Assembly: GCA_963754315.1 (NCBI GenBank)
Contig: CAVWFS010000008.1
Coordinates: forward strand, 64,001-128,000
DNA from: an uncultured Candidatus Rokubacteria bacterium
GTDB taxonomy: Bacteria > Methylomirabilota > Methylomirabilia > Rokubacteriales > CSP1-6
Length of the DNA stretch: 64,000 bases
Direction: 5' to 3'
Under the pieces are notes generated by a model, which was given only the letters and a program-made list of their open reading frames with translations, was not told where the DNA came from and did no database searches. The position numbers and the translations under genes were made by a program. Positions 1-10,774 of the stretch are shown here, in pieces. Each line of letters opens with the position of its first letter. Position 1 is the first letter of the stretch.

Positions 1-1585
1 GCAGGGTTCGGAAGCCGACCTGTCCCGCCAGATAAGTGAACTCGGGGTCAGACTGGACGTCGTGAATATGGATGGCGCGGCGCTCGAGGGCGGCACGTCC
101 CGAGGCGCTCCCTCGTCCGGGCGCGATGGGATTCCGCTCGATGAGTTCCGTATCCTCGTGGGTGAGGCCGCGGGTGACCACGGCTCGAAGGAGTCGACCG
201 TCGAATCGGATGACTATGCCTTGCTGCGCTTCGCACAGCCGGAGGGCGTTCTCGGCCAGCGTCTCGAAGACCGGCTGGAGGTCGAAGGTAGACCGGCCGA
301 TCACCTTGAGCAGCTCGCTGGTGGCCGTCTGCTGCTCGAGAGCGACCCGCAGCTCGCTGTTGCGAGCCTCCAGCTCCGTGAACAGGCGCGCGTTTTCGAT
401 GGCGATGACCGCCTGTTCCGCGAAGGTCGATATCAGCTCGATCTGCTTCTCCGTGAACGGCCTGACTTCGCGTCGCCAAAGGCCCAAGGCGCCGACGGGT
501 TCGCCATCACGCAACATCGGCACGGCCAGTACCGTGCGCCACCCCGGCGCCTGCCGTGTCTCGAGCGTGTACTCGGGATCCTCTCGGATATCGTGAATGT
601 GGATGATTCGGCGGTCGACAATGGCACGCCCTGTTGCCGCACCGCGCGTCGCTGGGCGCGGATAATTCCCGCGCAAGAGCTCTAGCTCGCCAGGGGTCGC
701 ACTCTGGTGGGCGACGAAGGTTTGTAGCTGTCCGTCGAATCGAAAGGCAGCCCCGAAAGCGGCGTCGCACAGCCTGGTCGCGCTCTGTACGATGGCGTCG
801 AAGACCGGCTGCACATCCGTCGGTGAACGACTGATCACGCGCAGGATCTCGCTGGTGGCCGTCTGCTGCTCCAGGGCGACCCGCAGCTCGTGGTTGCGCG
901 CCTCCAGTTCCGCGAACAGGCGTGCATTTTCGATGGCGATCACCGCCTGGTCAGCGAAGGCCTGGAGGAGGGCGACCTGCGATCCGGTGAAAGGCGTCGG
1001 CTCGGGCTTCGCCACGGAGAGCACCCCGGTCGGTATCCCGTCGCGAAGCATCGGCACCGATAGGGCCGCGCGGAACCCGAGCGTCGTGGCGAACTCGGCG
1101 TCGTACTCCGGGTCCTGGAGCACGTCTGGCACGTGCACGGTGGCGCGGTCGGCCACGGCGCGCGCCGCTGTGGATCGACGCCGGTCCCGCGCCGGCGCCA
1201 ACCCGCGGTGCATCGCCCGCGCTTTCGGGGCCACGTCCGCACTCGGTATCGCCACCAGGTCCAGGACCTCCCCGTCGTACCGGTAAATGGCGCCCGTGGA
1301 TGCCCCGGTCAAGACCACTGCCCGTTCCACCATCGCCCCTAACACGGCCTCGAGGTCCGTCGGCGAGGTCGAAATGGCTCGTAGGATCTCGCCCATCGCC
1401 GCCTGCTGCTCCGCCGCCTCGGAGGCGCGGGCCCGCGCCTCGGCGAGCTCGCGCTCGAGAGTGCCGACACGGTCTCGCAGGGCGGCCAGTTCGTCGGTCG
1501 GGCTCCGGTTGGCCTGAGGCGGGCGACGCCGCTGGCTGGTGGCCCGCCTTGCAGGGCGACGCTTGCCGCTGCTCGACTCGCTCAT
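1..1585 (-). CDS. Multi-GAF-domain sensor protein (N-terminal part; runs off window start)
   Basis: Manual translation from ATG 1585 (MSESSSGKRR...EQQAAMGEILRAISTSPTDL). Repeated GAF linkers FADQAVIAIENARLF...EQQTATSE(I/L)L(R/K)VI occur at about 840-960 and 300-430. Absent from the ORF track because it has no stop in the window. Confidence 0.85.
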   Translation of the reverse strand, partial: MSESSSGKRRPARRATSQRRRPPQANRSPTDELAALRDRVGTLERELAEARARASEAAEQQAAMGEILRAISTSPTDLEAVLGAMVERAVVLTGASTGAIYRYDGEVLDLVAIPSADVAPKARAMHRGLAPARDRRRSTAARAVADRATVHVPDVLQDPEYDAEFATTLGFRAALSVPMLRDGIPTGVLSVAKPEPTPFTGSQVALLQAFADQAVIAIENARLFAELEARNHELRVALEQQTATSEILRVISRSPTDVQPVFDAIVQSATRLCDAAFGAAFRFDGQLQTFVAHQSATPGELELLRGNYPRPATRGAATGRAIVDRRIIHIHDIREDPEYTLETRQAPGWRTVLAVPMLRDGEPVGALGLWRREVRPFTEKQIELISTFAEQAVIAIENARLFTELEARNSELRVALEQQTATSELLKVIGRSTFDLQPVFETLAENALRLCEAQQGIVIRFDGRLLRAVVTRGLTHEDTELIERNPIAPGRGSASGRAALERRAIHIHDVQSDPEFTYLAGQVGFRTL

Positions 1586-2005
1586 GCCGGGGAAGAGGCC
1601 ACGCCCATCGCCGCGATGCTGCTTTGCAAGGTCGACAAAGTCAAGGTGCGGGCGAGCGCATCGTCATCCGGCAACCGGAAGCGTTCCTGAGCTCAACCGC
1701 TGCCGCGTACAGCCTGCCGGTCGTTGGGGACTTCGAGCCGGAACGAGCACGCCAGAACGAAACTAAAGTCTTTGCGGCCGGGACTTATTAGTGCTACCGT
1801 TCGGGCGGTTCGCGTAGGCACTCGCACCCGCATCAAGAGGCCGTGAATCATCAGCCAGGCCGCCTGGACGAGTTGGTGGTCGTCACTTTGTGTGTCCCGA
1901 GTTGCTCCGTAGCCGCCTGCGCAATCGCCGGCGTTCCGCGACTGGCTCGCCCGGGCCGCTCCGTCCGACGACACGCGCGATGACGGCTGAGGCCCCGTTC
2001 AGGAG

Positions 2006-2992
2006 TTGACGATGGCTGACATCCCGCTTGCCCTGACCTGTGCGGACTATGCCCGTGTCATGCCCCTCGCCACTGGCGAGGTGAAGCCGGAGGGGATCGC
2101 CCTCACGATGATCTTAAGCAGCCGGGGCTCGTGGCCGGGGCGCGCCGAAATGCTGCGTCGCGCTGTGCAGGATCCCGCAGTGCAGGGGGGCGAATGGTCG
2201 ATGGCGCAGTACCTGTACCGCATCGATCAGGGCGATCGCCGCTATGTCGGTCTTCCCGTGTTTCCGCTGCGAAATTTCACGGCGCGTGACCTGTACATTC
2301 GCCGCGGTGGCCCGATTCAGAAGCCGACGGACCTCGCCGGCCAGCGCATCGGCATGTACAGCTACACTGCCAGCGGATCCATTTGGTACCGCCACTTCCT
2401 CCGTTTCGTGGGTCTTGACCCGGCCGCCATCGAGTGGTGGATCGGGGATATCGACACGCCGTGGTCCGCACCGATGGACCACACCTTGCCTTCCGGGGTG
2501 AAAGCACCGCCTCCCGGCCGATCGCTGTCCGAGATGCTGATGGCCGGCGAACTGGAGGCCATCTACAGTCCGCCGCGCCCGAAAGAGTATCATCCGCAGA
2601 ACGGCCCCCTGGCCCGATTGTTCCCGGACTTTCGCCAGGTTGAGCAAGAGTACTTTCGCAAGACCGGCGCTTTTCCTCCCCAGCATCTCATCGTCATCCG
2701 GCGCCAGTGCTGGGAGGCCAACCCGTGGATCGCCAGGAACCTGACCGAGGCGTTCATCGCTGCCAACGATTGCTTTACCGCAGCCCAGAAGGGGTTTCCC
2801 TACGCCACGCCGTGGCTCGAAGCTGAGCTCGAGGATACGGTGGCAGTGATGGGCGAGGACTTCCACCCGTATGGACTCGAGCCCAACCGGGCGCAGATCG
2901 ATGCGTTCGCGGGCGAAGCCTTCCGGCTTGGCCTGACGAGCCGGCTGGTCACGACCGAGGAGTATTTCGCCGACTATCTCCAGAGCCGCTGA
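2006..2992 (+). CDS. 4,5-dihydroxyphthalate decarboxylase-like / type 2 periplasmic-binding-fold protein
   Basis: LTCADYARVMPLATGEVKPEGI start; LPVFP, EYFRKTGAFPPQH and DFHPYGLEPNR motifs typical of the family. Confidence 0.7.
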   Translation: MTMADIPLALTCADYARVMPLATGEVKPEGIALTMILSSRGSWPGRAEMLRRAVQDPAVQGGEWSMAQYLYRIDQGDRRYVGLPVFPLRNFTARDLYIRRGGPIQKPTDLAGQRIGMYSYTASGSIWYRHFLRFVGLDPAAIEWWIGDIDTPWSAPMDHTLPSGVKAPPPGRSLSEMLMAGELEAIYSPPRPKEYHPQNGPLARLFPDFRQVEQEYFRKTGAFPPQHLIVIRRQCWEANPWIARNLTEAFIAANDCFTAAQKGFPYATPWLEAELEDTVAVMGEDFHPYGLEPNRAQIDAFAGEAFRLGLTSRLVTTEEYFADYLQSR

Positions 2993-3005
2993 GGAGAGTG
3001 GACCC

Positions 3006-3887
3006 ATGGCGCTCGAGACCGGCCGCGTCGAGGTCAATGGTGTGACGTTTCATTATCTGGAGGCGGGGCGCGGCCCGCTGGTCCTCTGTCTTCACGGTTT
3101 CCCTGACAACGCCCACACCTTCAGCGAGCTTCTGCCGGCCCTGGCTGACGCGGGCTTTCGTGCAGTCGCGCCGTTCATGCGGGGATACGCCCCCACCACA
3201 CTCTCGGCGGACGGCCGCTACCAGTCGGTGCTGTTGGCCCAAGATGCGGTGGGCCTCGTCAACGCTTTCGGTGCCGAGCGTGCGTTCCTGGTGGGTCACG
3301 ACTGGGGCGCCACGGCCACGTATGGCGCGGCCGCGCTAGCCCCGGAGCGCATCGAGCGTATCGTCACTATCGGGGCTGCTCATCCCGCCGCCGTGCGCGG
3401 CGGTTTGGCAGCGAGCTACGAGCGGCACAAGGGCATCTGGCACGCCTACTTCTTCCAGATGCCGTTCGCCGAGCAGATCGTGGCCGCCAACGATTTCGCC
3501 TTTCTGGAGCAGTGGTGGCGAGACGCCTCCCCGGAGTACGATCCGGCACCCATCATCGAACGAGTGAAGGCCACGTTCCGTCGGCCCGGTGTGCTGACGG
3601 CGGCCCTCAACTACTATCGCCACACGTTCCATCCCGCGAATCGCGACCCCGCACTTCAGTCGCTGCACGAGCGCATCAGCACCACACCCACCCCGGTTCC
3701 CACTCTCGCCCTGCACGGCACACGTGATCGCCCCGGGCGGCTGGAGGCCTTCGAGGGCATGGACGATCTGTTCGCGAAGGGTCTCGAGAAGGTGGTGTTG
3801 CCGGGAGCCGGCCACTTCGTCCATCTCGAGCGGCCCGGCGAGGTCAACCGGCGCATCGTCGATTTTCTCTCAGACCGCCGCGTCTGA
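3006..3887 (+). CDS. Alpha/beta hydrolase (epoxide hydrolase-like)
   Basis: HGFPD oxyanion motif, GHDWGA nucleophile elbow, GAGHFVHLE catalytic His. Confidence 0.9.
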   Translation: MALETGRVEVNGVTFHYLEAGRGPLVLCLHGFPDNAHTFSELLPALADAGFRAVAPFMRGYAPTTLSADGRYQSVLLAQDAVGLVNAFGAERAFLVGHDWGATATYGAAALAPERIERIVTIGAAHPAAVRGGLAASYERHKGIWHAYFFQMPFAEQIVAANDFAFLEQWWRDASPEYDPAPIIERVKATFRRPGVLTAALNYYRHTFHPANRDPALQSLHERISTTPTPVPTLALHGTRDRPGRLEAFEGMDDLFAKGLEKVVLPGAGHFVHLERPGEVNRRIVDFLSDRRV

Positions 3888-4041
3888 CGTCGGCTCGACA
3901 GAACGCTCAGCGCGCCGGGGACGACGGCGTCCGCGGTCGGCGGCATCGGACGACGCTGGTGACCGGAGGACATCGTCGCGGCCGCCAGCGACCTCGCAGA
4001 CGGTTCGGAACGTCGACGCCGAGACATCGCTGCCCAGCGCC

Positions 4042-5466
4042 TCACCACATCACCGAATCGGCATCCTCCCGGCGTGGATGCAGGGCTTCGACGGTCCACG
4101 GTGCAGCCGGTGGCAGACTGCCTGGCGGGCCGGCGGCCAGCGGGTGCAAGACGTCGATGGCCCAGCCTACGTCCAGGCGTTCCCCCAGCCAACCGGCGCA
4201 GGTCGTGCGCGCATGAAGATGAAGCCCCTGAGCGACGTGTCTCGTCTGGAGAACCTGCACCGGATCGGCGGGTACCGCAGCCGGCGGCGGCACCTCGGGC
4301 AGAGGGTGACCATCGGGCCGGCGGAATTGGAGCGTGCCGTCTGGGTCTCGATCGACCTGGTAGCCCTCCTCGTGGACGGCGCGGTGATGGCGGCGGCAGA
4401 GCAGGGCGAGGTTCGAGAGCGTGGTCGGGCCGCCTTGCGCCCAGTGGCGGAGATGATGCCCCTGGGTGAAGCGTCCATCGCAGCCCGGAAACCGGCAACC
4501 GCGGTCCCGAGCGTGAAGCGCTCGGCGCAGCGCCGGCGGAATCGTCCGTGTCCGGGCGCCGACTTCCAGTAAGCGCCCCGCGTCGTCATGCCGCATGACC
4601 ACGCGGCTGGCGTCGCACGCCAGCCGGCGGGACGTTTCCGCGGAAACGTGCACCCCGTCTTCGAGGACCGACTGGCCAGGCTGATCGGGGTCGGCCAGCA
4701 CCGACGCATCGACGTGGACCACGACCTGGTAGCGTTCGCCGGGGGCTCCGGGATCGAGCCCGTGGTGGAGAGCGGTCTCTGCGAGCAGCGCCAGCGCGTC
4801 CGCCTGCTGCTGGGCCATGGTCGGGGGCTCCGCCGCCGGGTCAGCCAGGGGTGCGATCGCCGCCTCGGCTCGTGAGCGCTGATACAGCGTCTCGCGCGCG
4901 GCAGCGAGCGCGCGCAGCAGGAGCGCTCCCACTTCCGGCTCCAGCCGGCCCCGGAGCACGACCATGCCGTCCTCTTCCTGAGAGACGTGCAGGGCCCGGC
5001 TTACGTGGCGCTGTGCGGTCTCGCGCGCTTCGGCTCGCCGGTCCACGCGTCGCCAGCCCCGCACGATCCGCTCGACGTGGTCGGCCGTGCCGGCGCGGCC
5101 CACGGCCAGCAGACGGTCCTCGGTCTCGGGCGTGGCAACACGCGTCAGGGCGCGGACCTTGGCGTACGAGAGTTCACCGCGCGCGAGAGCCTGGGCCAGG
5201 CGCGGGAGCGTTGCCAGGGCGCGGGCGACGCGAACGCGCTCGCGGGCCGCCCCCAGGTCGAGCCCCACGCGCCAGCTGAGCCAGGCGGCGCAGGAGCGAA
5301 AGCCGGTGTTCCAGCCCCCGCGGGTGTCGAACTCACGGATGCGATCGAGGAGACGTGCGGTGGCGGCCTCGAGGTGCGCCGACAGTTCGGCGATCTCGTC
5401 GCCGAGCCGGTCTAGCTCCGCGGCGGGATCTGGGAGAACGTGGACGTGGGGGAAATGGATCTGCAT
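4042..5466 (-). CDS. DUF222 domain + C-terminal HNH endonuclease protein
   Basis: FDTRGGW...CAAWLSWR (DUF222); RDRGCRFPGC, HHLRHWAQGGPTTLSNLALLCRRHHRAVHE (HNH). Start set at ATG 5466 (MQIHFPH). Confidence 0.85.
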   Translation of the reverse strand: MQIHFPHVHVLPDPAAELDRLGDEIAELSAHLEAATARLLDRIREFDTRGGWNTGFRSCAAWLSWRVGLDLGAARERVRVARALATLPRLAQALARGELSYAKVRALTRVATPETEDRLLAVGRAGTADHVERIVRGWRRVDRRAEARETAQRHVSRALHVSQEEDGMVVLRGRLEPEVGALLLRALAAARETLYQRSRAEAAIAPLADPAAEPPTMAQQQADALALLAETALHHGLDPGAPGERYQVVVHVDASVLADPDQPGQSVLEDGVHVSAETSRRLACDASRVVMRHDDAGRLLEVGARTRTIPPALRRALHARDRGCRFPGCDGRFTQGHHLRHWAQGGPTTLSNLALLCRRHHRAVHEEGYQVDRDPDGTLQFRRPDGHPLPEVPPPAAVPADPVQVLQTRHVAQGLHLHARTTCAGWLGERLDVGWAIDVLHPLAAGPPGSLPPAAPWTVEALHPRREDADSVMW

Positions 5467-5748
5467 GGCCGGGCCCCTTTCTTCTGGGCCGACTCTACAC
5501 CTGCAATTCGGGGCGACCTGCGCGCCTCCACGACCGATGATTCCAGGTCGAGAAATGATTTTCGATCCCTTCCACCCCCGGCCGCGCACCGCCGCGCCTC
5601 TCCTCACCGCTGGGCCGGCCTCTGGTCGCGACCGCCGACATGTCGCCACTCGTATTGAACGAGCCTGTCAAGCGAAAATCTCAAGCTCGTCCCGCCTACC
5701 CGAGCGACAACCTGGGCGGAACGCTCTCTAGTCTTGCCGTGAAGATAC

Positions 5749-5827
5749 GATCCGGTCTCGGGCGGCCGCGTGCTTTTCGGGATCGGCGGCGGCTGGAACG
5801 CCGAGGAAATAGAAAATCACGGGACCG
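5749..5827 (+). pseudogene. Short remnant of an LLM-class (F420-type) oxidoreductase
   Basis: Translates as DPVSGGRVLFGIGGGWNAEEIENHGT, the conserved SGGR..GIGGGWN..E LLM motif, with no flanking LLM sequence. Confidence 0.5.
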
Positions 5828-6074
5828 TAAGACGCGTCGAGCGTATCACCGAGCTGCGCGAGCAGCCCCGGCCGGGCTCGATCCGAAATCGGCGCCGGTG
5901 TCCATCTTCGTCGCGCCCCACCCAAACGGGAAGCGCTCGATGCGCTGGCGGCGGCCGCACCGGAGCGCGCCATCTTCTGGCTACCCTCGGAGCCCCGGGA
6001 CAGCGTGCTTCCGCACGTGGACAGCTCGAAGTTGTTTGCGGGGTGAGCGGATCGGGCTTACGGGGGGCGCAGCG

Positions 6075-6470
6075 TCAGCGGCAGCCGGCTGGTGGCGCGC
6101 CAGAGGCGCGGCGGGGCACGAGAGTGCAGGCGAACGTCGCGGGCTGCTGGCGATACTGCTCGAGCGTGGCCTGAAGCCGCGCCAAGGTCCGGTCACGCTT
6201 CGCCAGGCCGATCCCGTAGATCGCCAAGTCGTTCACGAGACGGGTATAGAAGACGTGCTGAGCATCACCGCCGCTGCCCATGCAGGGTGACGGTTTCTGG
6301 GCTACCCGCAGAAGCGGGCCGAATGCTTTCGCGTACTCCCCGAGGATGGGTTCGTCGCGGAGGTCGCGAGGCACCTCGGGGAAACGGGCAAGGAGTTCGT
6401 CGACGGTCATCGGCGTACGCGCCGCCCGGGCGCTCTCCGCGAGATGCGGCGGCAGGCGAATCTGGGCCAT
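6075..6470 (-). CDS. Hypothetical protein
   Basis: Protein-like composition (MTVDELLARFPEVP...HVFYTRLVNDLAIYGIG); family not recognised; start uncertain. Confidence 0.55.
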   Translation of the reverse strand: MAQIRLPPHLAESARAARTPMTVDELLARFPEVPRDLRDEPILGEYAKAFGPLLRVAQKPSPCMGSGGDAQHVFYTRLVNDLAIYGIGLAKRDRTLARLQATLEQYRQQPATFACTLVPRRASGAPPAGCR

Positions 6471-6674
6471 CCCTGGTCAGTATAGCTCTGTTCTTCGGAG
6501 CTGGAGCCGAGCTGGCCAAGCCTGTCGAGAACGGACCTACACCAAAGAGGCGATGCCGAGGGTCGCGGCCAGGCTCTCGGCGCGCTCGACGAACCGTGTC
6601 ATAGGCGCAGCCCAGATGACCGAGCGAGTACGCACGGCCGACGGGATCCGGCGAGATCTCGATGGCCCAAACGC

Positions 6675-7157
6675 CTAGTCTTTGCGAAGGTAGTGCGCCG
6701 TCATGAACTTGGTCCAACTGCCGTCCCCGCCCAGCATGTGGGAGGTCAGGGTGCGGTGCTGTTCATCCACAATCTCGATCACGTCCTTGTATTTGGCCAT
6801 GGTTCCGTCGCCGGAGCAGCTCGGACCCTCGGCATGGAGGGTCAGGATCTTCTCGGCGCTGTCCAGGGAGCCCTCGTACACCCAGAGATACGTCATCATC
6901 GAGCCGACGAACGTTCCCACGTATCGCTGCTTCTGTGGGTCGTAACCAAGCGTCATCAGGGTCGTCCCGGTGCACTCGCCGGGCATCTCGCCTTGTCCCT
7001 CGCAGAGCACCCAGACGTCCCCCACGGTCCGGACGCTCTCGGAGCCGTGCCATTTCTGGACGGGCTGGTCGGGTCCCATCGCCGCCTCGCCCTCGTACGT
7101 CCACTCTCCAACGAGTTGTTGCAGCCAACGGTGTTCCCTCTGCACATCCACCTTCAT
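6675..7157 (-). CDS. DUF1579 family protein
   Basis: EHRWLQQLVGEW, TLGYDPQKQRYVGTFVGSMM and GTMAKYKDVIE motifs; RBS AAGGAG before ATG 7157. Confidence 0.8.
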   Translation of the reverse strand: MKVDVQREHRWLQQLVGEWTYEGEAAMGPDQPVQKWHGSESVRTVGDVWVLCEGQGEMPGECTGTTLMTLGYDPQKQRYVGTFVGSMMTYLWVYEGSLDSAEKILTLHAEGPSCSGDGTMAKYKDVIEIVDEQHRTLTSHMLGGDGSWTKFMTAHYLRKD

Positions 7158-7245
7158 CGGAATCTCCTTGTCGTGGCTATCCATCAGGTAGTCGACTGGC
7201 GAGGCGCTGAATCGACAACGGCCTACGCAAGCGAGAGCTTGACCG

Positions 7246-8980
7246 TCACCACCCCATGGCACGGGCGGCTCGTCGGGGGTCGGCGCCGCCGTACAGGATC
7301 CCTCTCTGACGGTCAGCCACGATCGCGCACACCCCGGCGGTGTTCATCGAAAGGTCCGGCAGCCATTGCACTTGGTGCCCGAGCGCGGCCAGAGCGTCGC
7401 CGGCGGCGGCGCCGATGCCGCGTTCCAGATCGAGCCGCCCGGGGTAGTAAGGATGTGGTTCGAAGCTGCCGGGGAAGCTATGAGTTACGAAGCGCGGGGC
7501 GTCGATCGCCTCTTGCACGTTCATCCCGAACACGGTGTGGTTCAGCAAGACCTGCAGCATGCTCTGGGGCTGGAGATCGCCACCCGGGGCGCCGAACGGC
7601 ATGACGAAGTTCCCACGGCGCATGGCCAGCGCCGGGTTCGGCGTGAGGCGCGGCCGCTTGCCGGGAGCGACGCACGAGGGATGGCCGGGCACGGCCCAGG
7701 ATTGCGAGCCACGCGAGGAGGGACAGAACCCGAGGCCGGGGATGACCGGACTCTCCCACGAGACGTCACTCGGCGTGGCCGAGAGCGCGTTGCCGTGCCG
7801 ATCGATCACGCACACATACGATGTGTCTCCCGAGAGCGCGGGACTGTTGTCGGCCACGAGGGACCGGCGCAGGGTGGTGGCTGACAGGCCATCCCGACGA
7901 GCCGTCAAATCCCGGCACCACGCCGGGCGGTGGCATTTCTGGCCACGCGCGGTCTTCGCGGAGGAGGCGGCGGCGCTCGGCGGCGTAGGGCGACGAGAGC
8001 AACGTCTCCATGGGAACGCGGACGAATCGTGGATCGCCGAAGTAGCGCTCGCGATCGGCGAAGCAGAGCTTCATGGCTTCGGTCACGACGTGCACGTAGG
8101 CCGGCGTGTTGTGGCCGAGCGCCTTCAGATCGTATCCCTCGAGCAGCGAGAGCATCTGGAGCAGCACCGGTCCCTGACACCACGCCCCGCAGCTCATCAC
8201 CTCGAGGTCGTGGAACGTTCGACGCAGCGGCGGCTCGACCTCCGATCGGTACGACTCCAAATCCTCCCGGCTGAGCCAGCCGCCATTGTCCTGGTGGTAG
8301 CGCAGCATCGCCGTAGCGAGATCGCCGCGATAGAAGGTTTTGCGAGCGGCGTCCAGCCCCGCTGTGCGGCCCCGGCCACGCGCCGCGCGCTCCTCGTCGA
8401 CCATGTGCTGAAGCGATCGCGCGAGATCGGCCTGGCCGAATAGCTCGCCCTCGCGCGCAGGCGCGCCGCCGGGGAGGTAGATGGCGGCGTTCTGCGGCCA
8501 GCGCCGATAGGTCGCAGAGTTCTTCTCGATGTAGTGCGCCATCACCGGATGCATGGTGAAGCCCTCACGGGCGTAGCGGATGGCGGCGCCCGCGACGTCG
8601 CCGAAGCTCATGGTGCCGTAGCGCGCGAGGGCCAGGATCCAGGCATCGGGGGCGGCGGGAACGACCGTGCGGAGGAGGCCAAGGGGGATCGTCCCCCCGT
8701 GCTCCTCGACGAACGTCTCCAGGCGGGCGGCGCGCGGCCAGCCTCCAAGGCCGGCGATGGTGACCGCCTCGTCGCGCTCGGCCAGATAGATGATCATGGG
8801 CGCCACGCCGGCAAAGTTGACCTGATCGCTGTGCACCACGCCGAGCGCGATGCCCGCCGCGACCCCGGCGTCCACCGCGTTTCCACCCGCCTGCAGGACG
8901 GCGTGGCCGGCTTCGGTGGCGAGGTAATGGCCGGATGAGATCATGAAGCGCGTGCCCGTGATCATCGGCTGGAGCGACAT
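7246..8980 (-). CDS. ggt: Gamma-glutamyltransferase family protein (one frameshift near 7840-7910)
   Basis: GGNAVDAGVAA N-terminus in ORF 7766-8980. The small-subunit DTSYVCVID, PGKRPRLTP, PGGDLQ and GGADPRR motifs lie in ORF 7246-7908. Confidence 0.85.
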
Positions 8981-9017
8981 CGAAGCCTCCCGGGTCGAAT
9001 GCGTGTCGTGTGCCGAG

Positions 9018-9023
9018 TATAAT
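9018..9023 (+). promoter_or_regulatory. Possible sigma70 -10 box (TATAAT) in the divergent ggt / Nudix intergenic region
   Basis: Perfect TATAAT in a GC-rich intergenic stretch; no clear -35 box. Confidence 0.3.
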
Positions 9024-9219
9024 CCGCCCGTCGTGATGCCACGACCCTCGCCCGGTCAGATCCAGAGGCGGATGGCGACGTGAGACTCGCGGTGCTTGCG
9101 TCGCACGAAGGGTGACATCGGGCCGTGCTGGCGGCCGGAGAGGCCATGACGGGGGCCCTGTTAGTCGAGACGCTGGGCTCGATCGCCCGTGGCCAGCTGA
9201 TCCTCCCCGGGGTCGAGGG

Positions 9220-9867
9220 GTGACGGAGCGTCACCGGGCGCCGCGTGAGCCGGAATGGCTTCGGTGGGCTCGAGAGCTCCAGGCGATCGCGCAGATCGGG
9301 CTCACGTACGCCACCGAAAATCACTTCGACGCCGAGCGCTACACGCGCGTGCGGGAGATCGCAGCCGAGATCATGGCCGCCGGAGGCAAGGTCGACAAGA
9401 GCGTCGTGCTCGACCTCACGTCTGCGGAGACGGGATACGCCACGCCCAAGGTCGACGTACGCGGTGTGGTGTTTCGCGATGAGCGGATCCTCCTGGTCAA
9501 GGAAATCGCCGATGGAGGGTGGACGCTCCCAGGCGGCTGGGCGGACGTGAACGAATCGCCGGCGGAATCCGTCGTGCGCGAGGTACGTGAGGAGTCCGGT
9601 TACGAGACGCGGCCCCTGAAATTGCTGGCCGTGTACGATCGTAGCAAGCATGGCCATACGCCCGCCTTTCCCTTCCACGTGTACAAGCTCTTCGTACTCT
9701 GCGCGCTGACAGGCGGCGAGCCGGCGACGAGTCGGGAGACGAGTGCGGTGGGCTTCTTCGCCGAGGACGACTTGCCGGCACTGTCGCTGGGCCGCGTCAC
9801 GCCGGCCCAGGTGCGGCGGCTCTTCGAACATCATCGCCATCCCGAGTGGCCCACGGATCTCGACTGA
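9220..9867 (+). CDS. Nudix hydrolase with N-terminal Nudix_N domain (YjhB-like)
   Basis: WARELQAIAQIGLTY, GYATPKVDVRG, Nudix box GGWADVNESPAESVVREVREESG. Confidence 0.9.
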   Translation: MTERHRAPREPEWLRWARELQAIAQIGLTYATENHFDAERYTRVREIAAEIMAAGGKVDKSVVLDLTSAETGYATPKVDVRGVVFRDERILLVKEIADGGWTLPGGWADVNESPAESVVREVREESGYETRPLKLLAVYDRSKHGHTPAFPFHVYKLFVLCALTGGEPATSRETSAVGFFAEDDLPALSLGRVTPAQVRRLFEHHRHPEWPTDLD

Positions 9868-9907
9868 GGTGGCCGATAATCTGGGCGACGTTCCAGCGAG
9901 GAGGCCA

Positions 9908-10711
9908 ATGGCCAAGCGGGTAGACGGCAAGGCAGCAATCGTGGTGGGCGGCGGGCAGACTGCCGGTGAGACGGTGGGCAACGGCCGAGCTACCGCACTC
10001 GTCCTTGCCCGGGAGGGCGCGCGGGTGATCGTGGCCGACCGGCGTCTCGAAGCGGCGGAGGAGACCGTGGAGATGATCCGCCGCGAGGGGGGCGAAGCAT
10101 GGGAGATCGAGGCAGACATCACGAACGAAACGGCCGTCCAGCGACTCGTGGCAGCCAGCTTGGAGCGTCTCGGTCGCCTCGACATCCTGCACAATAACGT
10201 CGGCGCCAGCATCGCGCTCGGGGATGCGACGGCCACCGACTTGACCGAGGCAGCCTTCGACCGCAGTGTGGCCATCAATCTCAAGGGGATGTGGTTGACC
10301 TGCAAGCACGCGTTGCCAGCCCTTCGCGAGTCGGCGGGCTCGATCGTGAACATCTCGTCCATGGCCGCCCGCAACGCCTACCCGCTCGTCGGCTACAAGA
10401 CCACGAAGGCTGCCGTGGTCGCCCTTACCGAGAACCTGGCTGCCGCCAACGCACGGTACGGGGTGCGGGCCAACTCGATCCTGCCGGGGCTAATGAACAC
10501 CCCCATGGCCATCGAGGCTCGGGTCGCCCAGGGCACGAGCCGCGAGGAGGTCATCGCCTCGCGGGACCGCCGGGTGCCGCTACGCCGTCGCATGGGCACC
10601 GGCTGGGACGTGGCCTATGCTGCCCTCTTCCTGCACTCCGACGAGGCGGGTTTCATCACGGGAGTATCGCTTGCCGTCGACGGCGGGGAGGGGGTGAGCT
10701 GGGGCTCGTAG
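9908..10711 (+). CDS. SDR family oxidoreductase
   Basis: Gly-rich N-terminus, HNNVG, NISS, YKTTK (YxxxK), VDGG. Confidence 0.9.
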   Translation: MAKRVDGKAAIVVGGGQTAGETVGNGRATALVLAREGARVIVADRRLEAAEETVEMIRREGGEAWEIEADITNETAVQRLVAASLERLGRLDILHNNVGASIALGDATATDLTEAAFDRSVAINLKGMWLTCKHALPALRESAGSIVNISSMAARNAYPLVGYKTTKAAVVALTENLAAANARYGVRANSILPGLMNTPMAIEARVAQGTSREEVIASRDRRVPLRRRMGTGWDVAYAALFLHSDEAGFITGVSLAVDGGEGVSWGS

Positions 10712-10774
10712 GAACGTGAACCTCGAGGTGTGCTGGGATACTGTCTCCATCGCGAGCTAAAGGAGGGACGATAC

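Noticed and set aside
300..960. Repeated DNA segments (GCTGGTGGCCGTCTGCTGCTC...) as an array or CRISPR
   Set aside because: They encode repeated GAF linker helices about 530 nt apart; there is no repeat-spacer structure and no cas gene.
48..1517. Plus-strand ORFs 62-685, 72-596, 792-1286 and similar
   Set aside because: Antisense shadows of the minus-strand GAF gene, as expected at high GC.
6075..6083. ORF ending GCR-TGA as a possible C-terminal Sec motif
   Set aside because: No hairpin at the expected distance, no Cys homolog to support it, and the readthrough sequence does not look protein-like.
7766..7908. ggt as a naturally split two-subunit gene (the shift lies just before the autocleavage Thr)
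   Set aside because: The second ORF has no convincing RBS or start at the Thr; an indel error is simpler given the other frameshifts.
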